DNA of 64,000 nt, taken from contig MU054187.1 of NCBI GenBank assembly GCA_013239625.1, positions 16,198,941-16,262,940 of the forward strand. The letters are read 5' to 3'. The notes under the pieces are model-generated. The model ran no database searches, had not been told where the DNA came from, and saw nothing but the letters and a program-made list of their open reading frames with translations. The position numbers and the translations under genes are program-made. This DNA comes from Lama guanicoe (Eukaryota). This document shows positions 13,690 to 27,005 of this stretch, one piece after another. Numbering within the stretch: the first letter of the stretch is position 1; each line of letters begins with the position of its first letter.

Positions 13690-14551
13690 CACAAAACCAC
13701 TTCAGTGATGCACTTGGTGTGGGTTAGTAGCCATTTGCAGCTTACAAGCCAAAGTGGAGTGTGTGGTCAAGCTCCCAACCTTTGACTCTTGTTTCTGCAT
13801 GACACATCTTACAGAGTTCACAAAAAGGAGGTTCTTGACCTCAAGGAAGATTTTTTCAGACTCAAATACCATCTTCATTTATTATTTATTTGCTTCAAGC
13901 AGTTGGGACTGGAGGTATCATCATACCTGACTGGTTGATTTAAGGAAGTAGCCGCCTCTCTGTGGGGGAGTCTCATGAGAATAAAATCCTATTACTTTCC
14001 AAAAAGATTACTTCATTTACTTCCCAGAATAAGCTTTTGATGAAAACATTAGAATGTTGAGTTTGTAAACAACTGAGAATTCTCAGAAGTATTGCCTTTT
14101 TTTTTTTTGATGTTTCAAATGGAAGCTTATTTTGCCTTTCTTTTTTTTTTTTTTTTTTTTTGGTGTGTGTCTCTTTTAAACTTAGGATTAGTGAGCACAG
14201 ATAGGTTAGATCTTGTAAACAGACCTGGGTGGAATATTAGATGGTGGCACATCTATATTCTTTATGGTCTAAAAGGTAGAACTCCTACCTTTTCAAACTT
14301 CTGGTGAAATTTTGCTCTTACAAATATCAACTTCCTTTGCTTTTTGAGTAGACCATGTTTTGAAGTTTCTATGTGGGTAGAAGTGGGGAAAAATGTCTGG
14401 CAATTTTTTTTTTCCTGAACATTACAACAGAATGGTAAATACTATAGAATTCTTGGCAAGTTGTTGAATAAGGAACATGTGATATTTCTTGATGCTTAAT
14501 TGTTATTACTTTTAAGAATATCATATTATACACAGTTATATAAACTACTAC

Positions 14552-14760
14552 TTGGGATTGACAGATACAAACTATTATGCATAAAATAGATAAGCAACAA
14601 GGATTTACTGCACAGGAACTTATATGTAATATCTTGTAATAACCTATAATGGAAAATAATGTGAAATAAATATATATATATTTATATAACTGAGTCACTT
14701 TGCTGCACACCTAACTAACACAATATTGTAAATCAACTATGCCTCAGTTAAAAAAAAAAA
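14552..14760 (+). mobile_element. 5'-truncated cetartiodactyl-type L1 3' end with poly(A)
   Basis: gggattgacagatacaaacta...ataactgagtcactttgctg...acaatattgtaaatcaactat...A-tail, typical of laurasiatherian L1 termini. Confidence 0.85.
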
Positions 14761-17074
14761 GAGAGAAATAGGTTATTAGATTTTGAATAACCTTTCCTAA
14801 AGTGGGACCTAGGGCCCTGAAAAGCCCTTTAATTTCAAGAAATATTGACATATCTACAGTTAAGAATAAAATTTCCCCAATCCTTATTAAAGGGTTTTTT
14901 TTTCTTCTAGAAAAATAAATAAATAAAATAAGCTACTACTTCAAAAGGCTAATAGTAAAAATACTATTCATTTTCATAATACAGGCAAATTCCACTATAA
15001 CAAATGCCATCATATAACTGCTCCTGATTAGCAATATCTGATATTAAAAAACACGTTTTTCAAAGTGGCTTTTATTGAGGATTGTTACTCTTTTTATAAA
15101 GATGATTTTAAAGATCCAAATGGTATAAATATATAGTGTCATTAGATAATATGAGTCTCATTAATTGATAATTATTAAGTTATCCAAAAAAACTGATTAA
15201 GCACCATTTCCTGATGATATTTTATATTAAGGAAAACATGTTTTCATTGATAATAACCTCAGGTTAAAAATTTTCAGACTTAATTTGTTACATAGTTTCA
15301 GAAGTGTTCAGTACAGCAAAATAATAATACAGGAAACAAAATAATTTTGATTATCTATTTGGTCTTGTTTTAATGCAATTTTATATCTGCATTTATTACC
15401 TAATTACATTGAAGCATTTTCAGAATTCTCCAGTGTTAATTCCTACATCATAACTGAAGAGTCATATCTCAAAATGCTCATAATGAAAAATTGTACACAA
15501 AATGTTGGATAAATATACAATATATCCATTTTGAAAATTCTAAAACTAAAACATGGAAATTTTAACAATTACATAAAGGCAGAGAAAATGTTCTGGGTTT
15601 TTAATTTATTGCCAACAATTATATTCATCACTATTATAACGACCCAATATCAAGCAGAATAGAAAATATAAATATATAGACATATTTTGTTTTATTCCAT
15701 TACATGTATACACACGTGTAATCTCTTATCTAAACGCACTGAAATAGACTTAAATTAATATAAATCTAAACACAGAATAATAATTTCTGTAATTCTTTCT
15801 GAAGTCTCTATCTTATATGACAAATGCTATCTATACATCATTTTAAACAAACAGCTAATAAAAATGGTTGATTCACAGGAACTGCTTCTTTTGGTAAAAC
15901 ATTTATACTGCTGCAAATAGTGTGTAAGGATTTTTCATGTCACATACTGTCATTTAGTGTGAAAACTATTGTGAGGCATTACGTTGCTGGTCATCATTTC
16001 TAAAGTGAGTTGATCACCGTATCACCTAGGCATAAAAAGTAGCTTTATATATTAAAGATAATAAATATCATTTAAAAAATCTTAGTTCTGCACTTACTCT
16101 GTACCATATTTTTGTTGTTGTTGTTACAGACCTTAGTCATATTTGTGGAAAGCAGACAAGAATCTATTTCCTAGTTTGGGAACTATAAAGGTAGAGTCCT
16201 CATCTAGATAAATAATGAGCTCTAATTAATGCCAGAATCTTTTCAGGGCCCTTGAAATTATGGAGCAAATTAATTTCGAAAGCTTGGAGTCATACTTTAA
16301 TATTAGACTGTAGTGAAATTCAAGAAATTAATGAAGGAATGTCTTCTAAATTTCAAATGATTGGTAAGAACATACCATATAGTGTTAGAAATTGTGTAGG
16401 GGTGTATTTATCAATGTGAGTTTAATACAATCTAATCTTTAATTTCCTTTTCTTTAATAGAAGGAAATAATGATTTCCATGTGCTTTGATGTAAAAGCAC
16501 ATAAATAATATATATGCTCATATATACAGATTCGCATACACACATCTGGATACAGAAACAATGTCATCATCAGAGTTCAGTGGAATACGTCTTATGTTTG
16601 GCCACTGCATTGTGTGAAAAGTCACCTTTGGTGATGACTACCACATGTTATTTAACAATGACACTGAAAGTTAGGTAGTGGCTGTTCACATAATACTATC
16701 CATTTGGGGGCCGTTATAAATTTAAGGTTAGAATTTTTTTATGTGGGATATTAAACTCAATATCTATTAGAATTTAGTTTTTGTCCATATAAAGTTTTTA
16801 AGAACTGGATAAATTTCAGAATATTTATTTTCTTACTAAGAAAAAATATTCTTATCTAAGAGTTTTCTTTTATTAAGAGTTAACACCATTAGCAGTTGTA
16901 GAATTATTTTTAACATAATTATCATGGCTTTAAGTATCTAACTAAATTAACAATAATTCCTTAATATCCATTCCATATTCATATTTCCCTGATTGACTCA
17001 AATTTTTTTTCTTATAATGTGTTGGTTCAAATAAGCACCCAACATCCACTTGCAGCATTTAGCTAATTTATTTC

Positions 17075-17135
17075 TCTTTTTTTCCAGTTTCATTGAGATA
17101 TGATTGACATACAGCACTGTATAAGTTTAAGCTAT
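17075..17135 (-). mobile_element. Very short L1 3' tail inserted in the older L1
   Basis: T-run followed by ccagtttcattgagatatgattgacatacagcactgtataagtttaag. Confidence 0.6.
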
Positions 17136-17434
17136 ACTAGCTGATATATTTTTAAAGTCTCTTTTATTTTGTAGGTCTTCTCTTTTTCTATTTTTTTATT
17201 TTTCCCCTTTTTTGGTCTTTTTTTGTAAAAGTGGAGTCTTAACTCCATTCCACTTGACTTGTGAAATATTCAACTGTTTCTCTGTGGCATTGTTTAATTT
17301 GTTCTTATATTCTCAGCATTTGAATATATTAGGTTAAGGTGCAATTATTTTAAGAAAGAATGATTTACAGGTTGTGTAACATCCCTCCTATTGTGATACA
17401 ACATAAGGCATACAGTTTTAGTTCATCTCCCTTT

Positions 17435-17860
17435 GTGTCAGTGAGCTTATTAATGCAAAAGTGTTACTGAACACTTTTGTGTGTGAACAAGAAAGCCACA
17501 AAATATCAGTGTACACAACAGGAGAAGCACTTATTCTCATCGGTCTGTGAGTCAGCTGTGCTTCTGCTAACCTATGCGTCAGGAAAGTTGTTATATATCA
17601 AGCTCAAAGTTCTGCTTCAAATGTCTCTCATTTACTTTGGAACACCAGGCTTAATTCTTCTCAGTAGAATGGAAAAGGCACAGAAAGATGTGGGGAAACT
17701 CATTAAGCTTCTTAAAGCCTAGTTTTAAAACTGACATAGTATTTCCACAAATATGCCATTGACCAAAGCAAGTCCCATGGCCAAACCAAGTCAAACTTGA
17801 CAATGAAATGGATATCAAGTGGGTTAAAGAATTGGGACCATTCATTCAAGATACCAAACA
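17435..17860 (-). mobile_element. MaLR LTR (MLT1H/I/J-like)
   Basis: Characteristic ccattgaccaaagcaagtcccatggccaaacc and aagcttcttaaagcctag...aactgaca motifs. Confidence 0.6.
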
Positions 17861-18799
17861 CATCCAGTAATGATAAGATGGACCATTGGATTCATGTAGT
17901 GTTAGGCTTATTTCTCAAATAAAATTGTTTTCAAAAGGTTTTTACTCTGTGGCTGTAGCATCCATGAATAACTCCTATCTAAGTGTATGTTTTTAATTTT
18001 TGATTTTTTAAAGTTGTGAAATGCTTAATCTCTATTTTACCATTCCTTCTGCATTTAGCAACTAGAACTCTTAAAAAAAAAAACAACTTTCATTGTTACG
18101 GATTAAATGTTTGTGTCCCTCCCCTAAACATTTATTGCACTCATTTAAAAGAATTCTTATTGTTATGGGTTAGGCTCTATAAACTCACTAAATGATGAAT
18201 CTTTTGCCATGATGAACCCATTGGTATCTGATGTTTTTTTCTTCCTTTTGGAAAAGTAAGATACCTCAATCTCATCTTGTATGTTTCCTATCTTACATCT
18301 GGAATTAGCCATTTGTCAAGAATTTCTGATTCCTTTCACTGGGAAATAGTGTTTAGAGACCACAATCTGAATGTTTAGGCTGGAAATACCTTGTTAAGAG
18401 GGAAAAAAGCACAAGTTGTTACCAATTAGAAATTTAAGATTAGAAAGATTTTCTTAGATTTGTCAGCAAGTAGTTTTTTTACTTACATACTAAGATGATG
18501 CTACTGCTAACATTGATATGACATGAAATTATGTTTATCTTTTCAGTGATTTATTGAAACTTTCTTGCTGGAGTGTGTGTGTGTGGTGTGTGTGACCAAC
18601 GGCACGCCTAACTAAAATGACCCATCTGGATTATGGTTGATGTCTACAGCCATGAAGTAGTAAAAGCAGCTGGTGATCCATGCAGCAATCAAACTCATCA
18701 CATGAACATCATTAAGTCCCAGAACTTTTGAGTAGGAAACCACCTAAGAGAAAATCTAGTTTAATAATCAAATTGAAATATACAGAGAAGACAGGTAAG

Positions 18800-19040
18800 A
18801 GATGGGTAGGGAGCAGGGACAGAGAATACATGAATCAAAATTCAGTGGAGAGTGGGAATGGGAGAATAACTCACCACAAAGGGTCATGAGGGAAGTCTTG
18901 AGAGTGATAAAAATGTTCTGTATATTGATTGTGGTGATGGTTATCTGGGTGTGTGCTTTTATGACCCCATCAAGTGCATTTGACGTGAGCTAATATTATG
19001 GTATGAAAATTACTATATCACAATGAAGTTGATTTCAAAA
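18800..19040 (+). mobile_element. Old L1 (L1ME/L1MB-like) 3' end
   Basis: aagggtcatgagggaag...gtgataaaaatgttctgtatattgattgtggtgatggtta...caatgaagttgatt. Confidence 0.7.
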
Positions 19041-19144
19041 CCTGCTGTGGAGATTACAGTCAAAATTCTTATGCCAAACATTGCCTTCTCAGACATGGTA
19101 GATTCTGAGCAGGGATCCCCAGACGATTCTGGTGAGGACTGGTT

Positions 19145-19270
19145 ACCTCATTTTGCAGATGAAATAAGCAAGAAAAGGGGAAATTGAGTAACCGGAGTCA
19201 TAAAGGCAGAAGCTAACCAAGACTAGGATGAGTCTCTTGACTCCAGTTCAGTGCTTTGCCTGCACTGATG
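19145..19270 (-). mobile_element. MIR fragment
   Basis: ctcattttgcagatgaa...tctcttgactccagttcagtgcttt, the reverse MIR core. Confidence 0.55.
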
Positions 19271-22200
19271 ACAACAGACTTGGCTCACTGCTGTCTGTGT
19301 CTATAATTGAAGTCATTTTTGAGCTTTATAATAATAATAAAATTGTTCAAAAACTATTGTGAGGAACAGTCTGGAACTGTTGTCAAAGTTAACTGTTTTT
19401 TGAATCTATTTTCATAGGAATCCATGGCTAATATTTTTAAAACAGATCTTCATTCTTACATAATTGTAGAGTAAAAAGTTCCAAGTATCAAGTATTTTTC
19501 ATGCATCTGGAACATTATGCTGGCTTTGTCAGGAGGGGAAATACTTTCAAAAGCTATTAGAATGTTTTGCCTAAAGTTAATGGATTTAGAGAAGACTGTT
19601 AAATGGAGAGGAGACGAGGTGATAAATGAAATGCTTATGTGAGTATTGTAAATCAGTTTGAGAGAGACACACAATAGTAAATGTATAAACAGAACATCAC
19701 TGTATTTGAATGTTGTACAAATGTAATTTAAAAATAGAAATATTGAGAAGTTGAAGAAAATATGTTTTCCATGACAATGGAACCAATAATACGGTGGAGT
19801 CATTTACATTTGTTTAACTGCTAGTCATACCTGACATTATTAAATTATGAACAAATTAAGTGAATTATGTCAACAGAGTAAAAGACTTGTTCAAATGTTA
19901 CTCCCTATTGTTAAGTTCTCTACATGGTGAGGGTCAGGTGCTTTCAGTTCACCTGAACTACCACTAGACGGCGGTCTGGCACTCATGGGAGCATAAACCA
20001 ATCACCTGCTTAGACTGGTTCTGGGAATTTGGAACGATCAACTATCCCCCACCCCCCAAAAAATTGCACTTTTTTTTTTTTTTTGCAAAATATAACTATG
20101 GAAATACTAATGACTTCGAGTTTTCTTGAATCCTTTCTTCAAAGTTCTTTACAATTGTTCCTAATGGTAGGTAGTGAGCACACTCTTTCCTGGTACTTAG
20201 CTTTGATGAAGGGTGATTCTGGCTACATTCTTAGATATGCAGGAGTTTCCACACTATTAAAGTCTCTCAAACAGACCAGGGGTTCTTCCAAACTTATTTC
20301 ACAATAGTTAGATCTTCATAATATCAACAATAAAAATATTATCCATAGCAAATTTCTAGGGACAATCCTAATACACACCCAAATCTAAAAGAAGCACTTA
20401 TTTTCTAGGCCAATCTTTAAAATACTTTCTGAAATTCTCTCAGTAAAATATTCCTTATATTTACTATCTGTCAATAATAATCATTTTTCTTGATGTTATT
20501 ACTTTTAGCATCAGTCTTTCTGGATTTCATGATTCCAAACTCCGTTGAAAAAAAAAATATCTTATCTTAATAGCCTATTGCATCACAATAACTGCATTTT
20601 TCACCTAATTAAAGAGCGATTTAAATTTTACCATCTGTAATCGTTAAAGGTTTAAGAGAATCTTGTCTCTTTGGCCCTACTCCAAATCTCCTACAAATTC
20701 AATTATGTAGGTCAAAATATGGGGATTTCTGTTGCCTCCTGAAACCCTGGACGCCTTGCTCCCCCTTTCAGGGAAAGTGGGCAGGGATCAGCCTGGTCTG
20801 TGTACCTAGTGCTTTGTGCACTCTTTCACATTGTATCTGGGATTCACTTTTTAAAAGAATAATCAAATTAACACAGTGTGGTTGAAATAAACAAAATCTA
20901 CCAAAGCTAAAAATGCTTTATGCTGTTTGAAAAACAGTCTGCTTGGTAATAAGAACATCTCTACTTCTCAAAAATAAAACATAAGCAATGACAGAAAATA
21001 CCATTTGCTCCACAGAGTTTCTCATCAGTGGGTTTTCAGAGCAACCATTTTCATGTGAAAACTGTTTAGACTAAGGAAGACTAAGTGTTTAGTTCAAATG
21101 CACTTTTGGAACTCAGTGCATAACAGCCCAAAGAATATTTAAGTAACCATTTCAATTGGAAAAAAAAAATTGAATTGACAATTTTGTTACTTAGCAAATT
21201 ATTCAAATCCGATTTCTTCTTTGGTATGTAGGAATTTCCTCAACAATATTTCATATAAAGTTATAATTGCATTGTAATTGAAAAGAAATGAGCAATTTGG
21301 CTGCATTCTTGAGTTGGGGATGGTAGGACAGGACTTTCGAGGGGGATTGAGGGATTTATGTGTGTCTCTACATTGTCTGTAAATTTAATGCACTAAAAAA
21401 AGCTGTTTATCCCTAAAACTGTGACTTTAAATATGGCTTTCTCTCACCTTCTTTTAGCAATAATCACGTTAATTTTCTTCCAGATAAAGTATCCAGTGAA
21501 TTCAGAATTCTATGATTTTGCTGTTGGCTTGCTCTTTTTTTTGTTTGTTTTTTTGCTTTTCAATAAAGACGATTCTGAAAGTAACTGTCTATAGCACTGT
21601 ATAGCTAAGGCATACCTAAATGAAAGGATGGAAAAAGAATCACTAAGACCTTCCTGGGAAATTTCATAAGAATAATAGACGTGAAAGGACTAAAGGTAAC
21701 AGATGTTTCAACCAAGGCAATACAAAGCCCAGATGTCTGGCACTTCGCATAGTGGTAACTGGGCAAATGAGAGTCATATTTTCCGTTTTCTGATAATCAC
21801 TATGCTTCCCCTATTTAAAAAATCTTTTTAAATAAGTAATGTTACTGAGAGAAAGAAATGAAAAAAGAAAAACAACAACACAACAAACTAATTCATTTTT
21901 GACAATTGTGTGGTGAATTCCAGAGAAAACAGATATTCATAGATAGGAAATTTTTTTTTAAGTAAGCATTACTAAAACTGAGATAACATAAAAGGGAAAA
22001 AAATTTTACTTTTTCTGCAGTTATTATTTTAGGCATATATTGGAATTAGGCTGGCACAATTAATTGTTCTGTAAAACTTGTTCATTTCTGTACACCAAGT
22101 TTAGAGAAAACAAGTCTGGAATCATTTAAAAATATTGTATGTTTCTTAGGAGTGGAAAATAAAAGCCTCAGTCAGTGAATAAAATAATGTACATAGGTAA

Positions 22201-23604
22201 GTTAATTTATAAGGCAAAACTTCTGCCTAGCTCTCTTATATGTTCCACTGATGTAAAAGAAATAGAGTTATAAAAACAGCTTTAACTATTTAGAATATTT
22301 CACTTTAAGTTCTCTAGAAAATGTGTAATTATACAGTTTCCATATTATCCACTGCAGAATTAGGTTAAACATACAACAGCATTTTAAATTTCCCCTTCTA
22401 CTCTGTCCAGGAAGTCATTTTCTAAGAAAATAATTTTCAGGAGATTATTGAATATATTTCATATGTAACCCTTGATTTTTAAGTAACTATTCATCATGTT
22501 TAAAAAAAGAAAGAAAAGAGAGAACCACTCAATATAATATTGTGTGCACTTAAAAACTATGCTTATTTAAATAAAGTAAATATCAGATTCTGAAATAGAG
22601 TTTTATTTCCGTTGTGGGACGAAAAGAAAGTTTTTCCTTTAATAGACTATGCATCCCAAGATGACATCTAATATTTTCACTTAGAAACGCTAACTGCCGT
22701 TATATATGAATTTTCAAAGCTCACCGAAGCTTTGGAAGGAATGATGAAAATGACTATTGCACGACCTTCAGGTTTCCTTTGTTTCGTAAAGGGCTAAGAT
22801 AGCATTTTTGTCATTTTTCTTTCAGCTCTGGTCTTTCATCATAAATATCAAAGCATGCAATTATGCCTTCTCATATCCTGCTATGTTCTGCCTGTTTTTC
22901 TATTCGTCGTGATGATGTTTTGTCTCTCTTTCGCAAGACTTGTATTTTGTTTACTGAAACTCTGAAAACCATCTTACAATTTGTTGAATAAAATAAACTG
23001 AATATTAGAATGATAAAATAACATTAAAACAGTAGTAATATTTTCATCTAAGGCAACACCAGAAGCTAAGAGATTCCTTTACCAGGCTTAGTGTCGTATA
23101 TGCCATATTCGTACTGGAATGATCTGACCCACAGGTGGGGTTTTATTATTAATGTTTATTATGAGGTGGGCTTGTCTGACCCCAAGAAGTCTTGAATTTT
23201 TCTACTTTCACTTTACTTTGCATGTTGAATCTGCCTTCTAAATGTGTCTTTTATTCCATCTCAATATATATTCCAGATATTTATTATATTTACCTTAACT
23301 TAGAACTATCTTAAATAGGTCAATGTGGTAAATTAGCAATACTTTTCTATTTAATTCTAGCAACCACAAATTAAAATAGCATACAAGATAGATTAAGACA
23401 CAGTAATAGTTTTGTATACAGTGTCTTCTCTCCAAGCATTGATAAAATCCTGAAGAGTTATGTCAGGTGAATATATATATATATATGAACTTATTTCCAC
23501 ATTTTCTTCCACTAATATTTCAGATTACAGTTATAAAGAGATAAGTTGTCCCTTAGTTATGATAGAAATCACACTTAAGTATCTGATTATTCATCTAAAG
23601 GAGG

Positions 23605-23830
23605 AATAGATGATAGTTGGGCACTGGAGCCAGATACACCTGAATTGAAATCAGTTTCTTTTCTTATAAATGAATATCTTTTGCCAAGTTATTTAACCTA
23701 TAAAATGGACACAATAATAGTGATCACTTCACAAAGACATTGGAAGGATTAAATAAGAATATGAATGTGAAGAATTGGGCCCAGTGCCAGGCAAGTAATG
23801 AGTTAAATTTATTATCACTATTAACTGTAA
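23605..23830 (+). mobile_element. MIR SINE
   Basis: gggcactggagccagatacacctg...caagttatttaacct...taaaatgg..acaataatag...ggattaaataaga...cccagtgccaggca. Confidence 0.75.
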
Positions 23831-24319
23831 TTACTTTGTTGATTTTTTCAGCTTGTCATACTCAGTTTATGCATGTGGCAAAATTGTTATATAATTATGT
23901 GCAACAGGTGCATTTAATAAAGAAGGATGATCAGGGTGATGGTCTCTGCTTGGCTAGGTGAGAAAGCTGGCATTAGGAAGCTGAGCTGAGAGAGAGAACA
24001 GGCTGATCTAAAGTTGGGGGATCCTGCAAACAAGGATGAGAAAGACAAGTGCAGAGAGATCAGACAACACGTACCACAAAAACAAGATCACTAGAGATTT
24101 AAAAAAGCAATGAGAAAGCATGCTGAGCTTGTTTAAAAAAAAATGGACAACATTCCAACACATGAAATAAGGGAAACGTCACAGTCATGTTGGGAGTTTT
24201 AGAACAGCTTGAAGGAAAATGCCAGATTTTCTTGCAGGGGCTATAAACAATCTGTTATTGCTGGGTTAGGGCATCTAAAATGATATTTTATATTGCATAA
24301 GACGGCCAAAGACATGATT

Positions 24320-24430
24320 TGTGTGGGAAGAGAACTAGGTTTGGAATCTGGGCTTGCGTTCAAGTTCACCCTCTCCTTTACCAATGAAGTCTTTTCCCAA
24401 CAAATCAACAACCTCTGTGATCTTGTTTCT
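24320..24430 (+). mobile_element. MIR 5' fragment
   Basis: gtgggaagagaactaggtttggaatctggg...gttcaagttc...aacctctgtga. Confidence 0.45.
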
Positions 24431-24547
24431 TGGTAGAACTGAGATCTAGGGCTGTGGTGAGGAGAGAGGGAGCCATGGTCAAGAAAAGACACGACAGGGG
24501 TGGCAGGTACAGAGGGGTCCTTTACAGCATTTTGCAAGAGTAATGAC

Positions 24548-24668
24548 CTATTCAGGTCCTTTGCCCATGTTTTGGTTGGGTTATTGTTTTTGTTTGTTTG
24601 TTTAGGCTATTAAGTTATATTACTTCCGTGTATATTTTGGGTATTAACTCCTTATTGGATATGCGATC
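24548..24668 (-). repeat. 121-bp local duplicate of L1 segment 26577-26697
   Basis: Ungapped alignment, 114/121 identical, same orientation as the source. Confidence 0.95.
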
Positions 24669-25560
24669 AATGTGCCCATCACTGGAGGAATATTAAGACA
24701 GAAAATCTGATCCTGTACTGTTCAATATTACGGAGCCATTGAAAACAGCTAGTCATAACTGTGGTTCCCAAAATGAAACGTTTATGTTGGAGGGAAAAAA
24801 AAGCAAGATGGAGGAGAACCTGTATGCCAAGACCCCACTTTCATTTATCAAAAAAAAAAAGAAATGTTCTGGAAGGATACGTAGTGAAACACTCATAACA
24901 ACTGAGGCTGGGGATTGGAAAAGGAAACAATAGTTTGAGGCAGGAGAAAACTTTCATCTTTTTATTCTAAATGTACTCCTGTATTTTAATTTTTTTACCA
25001 AAAAGAATAAAGCACTGTGTAACTGTTAGTAAGTTATTTACATGTACAGTGACATTATCTACCTATGGCTGTATCTATATATATAGCAAATTTTTAAAAA
25101 GCTGGCATTACATTTAAATTCAGAACTAAATAAGCTGCTAAATATTACTAAATCAATTGACAATTAAATATCATAAATTACCAATTATATGGACAAAGAT
25201 TAATGTCAGTGCCCAGTGCTCAAGAATGTAAGCCTATTTAGAGATCAACCTGCTAATATGTGTCAAATTTTAAAAAGAGCATACCATTTTATTCAGCAAT
25301 TTCACTTACAGAAATTTATCCCATGGAAATGAATCATAGAGTGCACTGTACACATAATGATTCACTGCAACATTTTTTCCTAATTTGGAGAAAATCTAAA
25401 TTTTCTTCAGTAGGGGATTATATATAAATTATGCATATTCTGTACAACGGAATTCTTTGTAGTAATTAAAATAATATGGTAATTCTCTATGTATTTACAA
25501 AGAAACATGCCCATGATAATTTTGGTGTGAAAAAATCTGGCTAAGCATGAAATTTAAGGT
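24669..25560 (+). mobile_element. Degraded L1ME fragments
   Basis: aatgtgcccatca...; ataccattttattcagcaatttcactt...gaaatttatcc; taaattatgcatattctgtacaacggaat. Confidence 0.55.
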
Positions 25561-26396
25561 GTAATACTTTGCCATTATGTTTGTGTTTTGTTTTAAAATA
25601 CAATGTAAATCCTTGAAAAGAAGGATTATCTATTTTTTAGGGTAGGGAGTACAATATATGTTTATTAAATATTGCTAATTATGTCGTGAAAATTCTATTT
25701 TTCACTTATTTGGTCTGTAATATTCCAAGAGAGTTTAAATAGTCTAATGCAGGTTTTTCATTGTATTCCTTGTAGTTTTTGCTTCTTGTATTTTTATGCT
25801 ATATTATTTGAAATTATGCTTTTTGAGAATTACATGCCTTGGGTCTCATTTAACGCTTTAGTTCTTGCATTCAATCTTGTCTGTTATCCATATTGATTCC
25901 TACTTTTTTATTGGTTATTTTTGCCTCCTATATTTTGACCACCTTTTTACATTAAAAATCCTTAGGTGTATGTATTTTATCCAAATGAAGTTATTTATTA
26001 AGTTAATAATGTATTTCTGCCCCATTTTAATTTATTGTCTTACCATGTAAGTGTGGTTTTAAGTGTCAGATTATTAGGTATTAGTTTTTTGTGTTTCTGA
26101 TTATTTGCAGTGCTTTATATAAAGGCATTTGCCAATTTACATTTCCTCTCAAGTCCCTCATGCTCCCTCCCTAGCTCTCTTATTTTGAAATGAGATTTTT
26201 ATTTCAGTTACTTACGATTGTAATAGTTTTCTACGTTGTAGCACTCCTATGAATTACATATCACAGAGGCATTGATTTCATAATAGGAATTGCCAGTCAC
26301 CTGGATTCCGTTACCTATTCAAGGATTCCAATGTCCCCCACTAGTCTTCGCCATGATAAGGCCCCACTTCAGTGTTCCTCATTGGGTACAGCCTAG

Positions 26397-27005
26397 ACGT
26401 GTTCCCTTTTCTCTCCATACTCACTAGCATTATGTTATATCTTGCCTTTTTGATGACAGCCATCACAACAAGTGTGAGATGATATCATGGTTTTGATTTG
26501 CATTTCCCTTATAATTAGTGATGTTGACCACCTATTCATGTACTAGTTAACCATTTGTTAATCTTTGGAAAATTATCTATTCAGGTCCTTTGCCCATGTT
26601 TTGATTGGGTTATTGTTTTTGTTTGTTTGTTTAGGCTATTAAGTTGTATTAGTTCCTTGTGTATTTTGGGTATTAACCCCTTATTGGATATGTGATCTGC
26701 AAATATTTTTTTCCCATTGCATAGATTGCCTTTTTATTTTGTTAATGGTTTCTTTTGCTGTGCAGAAGCTTTTTATTTTAATGCAGTCCCACTTGTTTAT
26801 TTTTGCTTCTGTTGTCTTTGTTTTTGGAGCCAAATCCCCCAAAAATCATTACCAAGTCCAACGTCAAGGGTATTTTCCCTTAAGTTTTCTTCTAGGGGTT
26901 TCATGTCTTATGTTCAAATTTTTTTCCATTTTGAGTTCATTCCTCTGTATGATGTAAAATAAAGGTCTAGTTTCATTTTTTGCATGTGGCTATCTAGTAT
27001 TCCTA
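26397..27005 (-). mobile_element. L1 ORF2 3'-region fragment (L1M/L1MA-like)
   Basis: Classic antisense L1 text: gtgtgagatgatatcatggttttgatttgcatttccc, gtttcttttgctgtgcagaagctttt, tttttgcatgtggctatc. Confidence 0.9.

Larger units (their letters stand above)
16880..18380 (-). mobile_element. Fragmented old L1 (L1MC4/L1MC5-like) 3' region with nested insertions
   Basis: Motifs aaattaacaataattccttaatatc and ctggaattagccattt...gattcctttcactgggaaatagtgtttagagaccacaatctg. Confidence 0.55.

Noticed and set aside
26717..26962. Two overlapping plus-strand ORFs
   Set aside because: They are antisense readings of a decayed L1 ORF2 fragment
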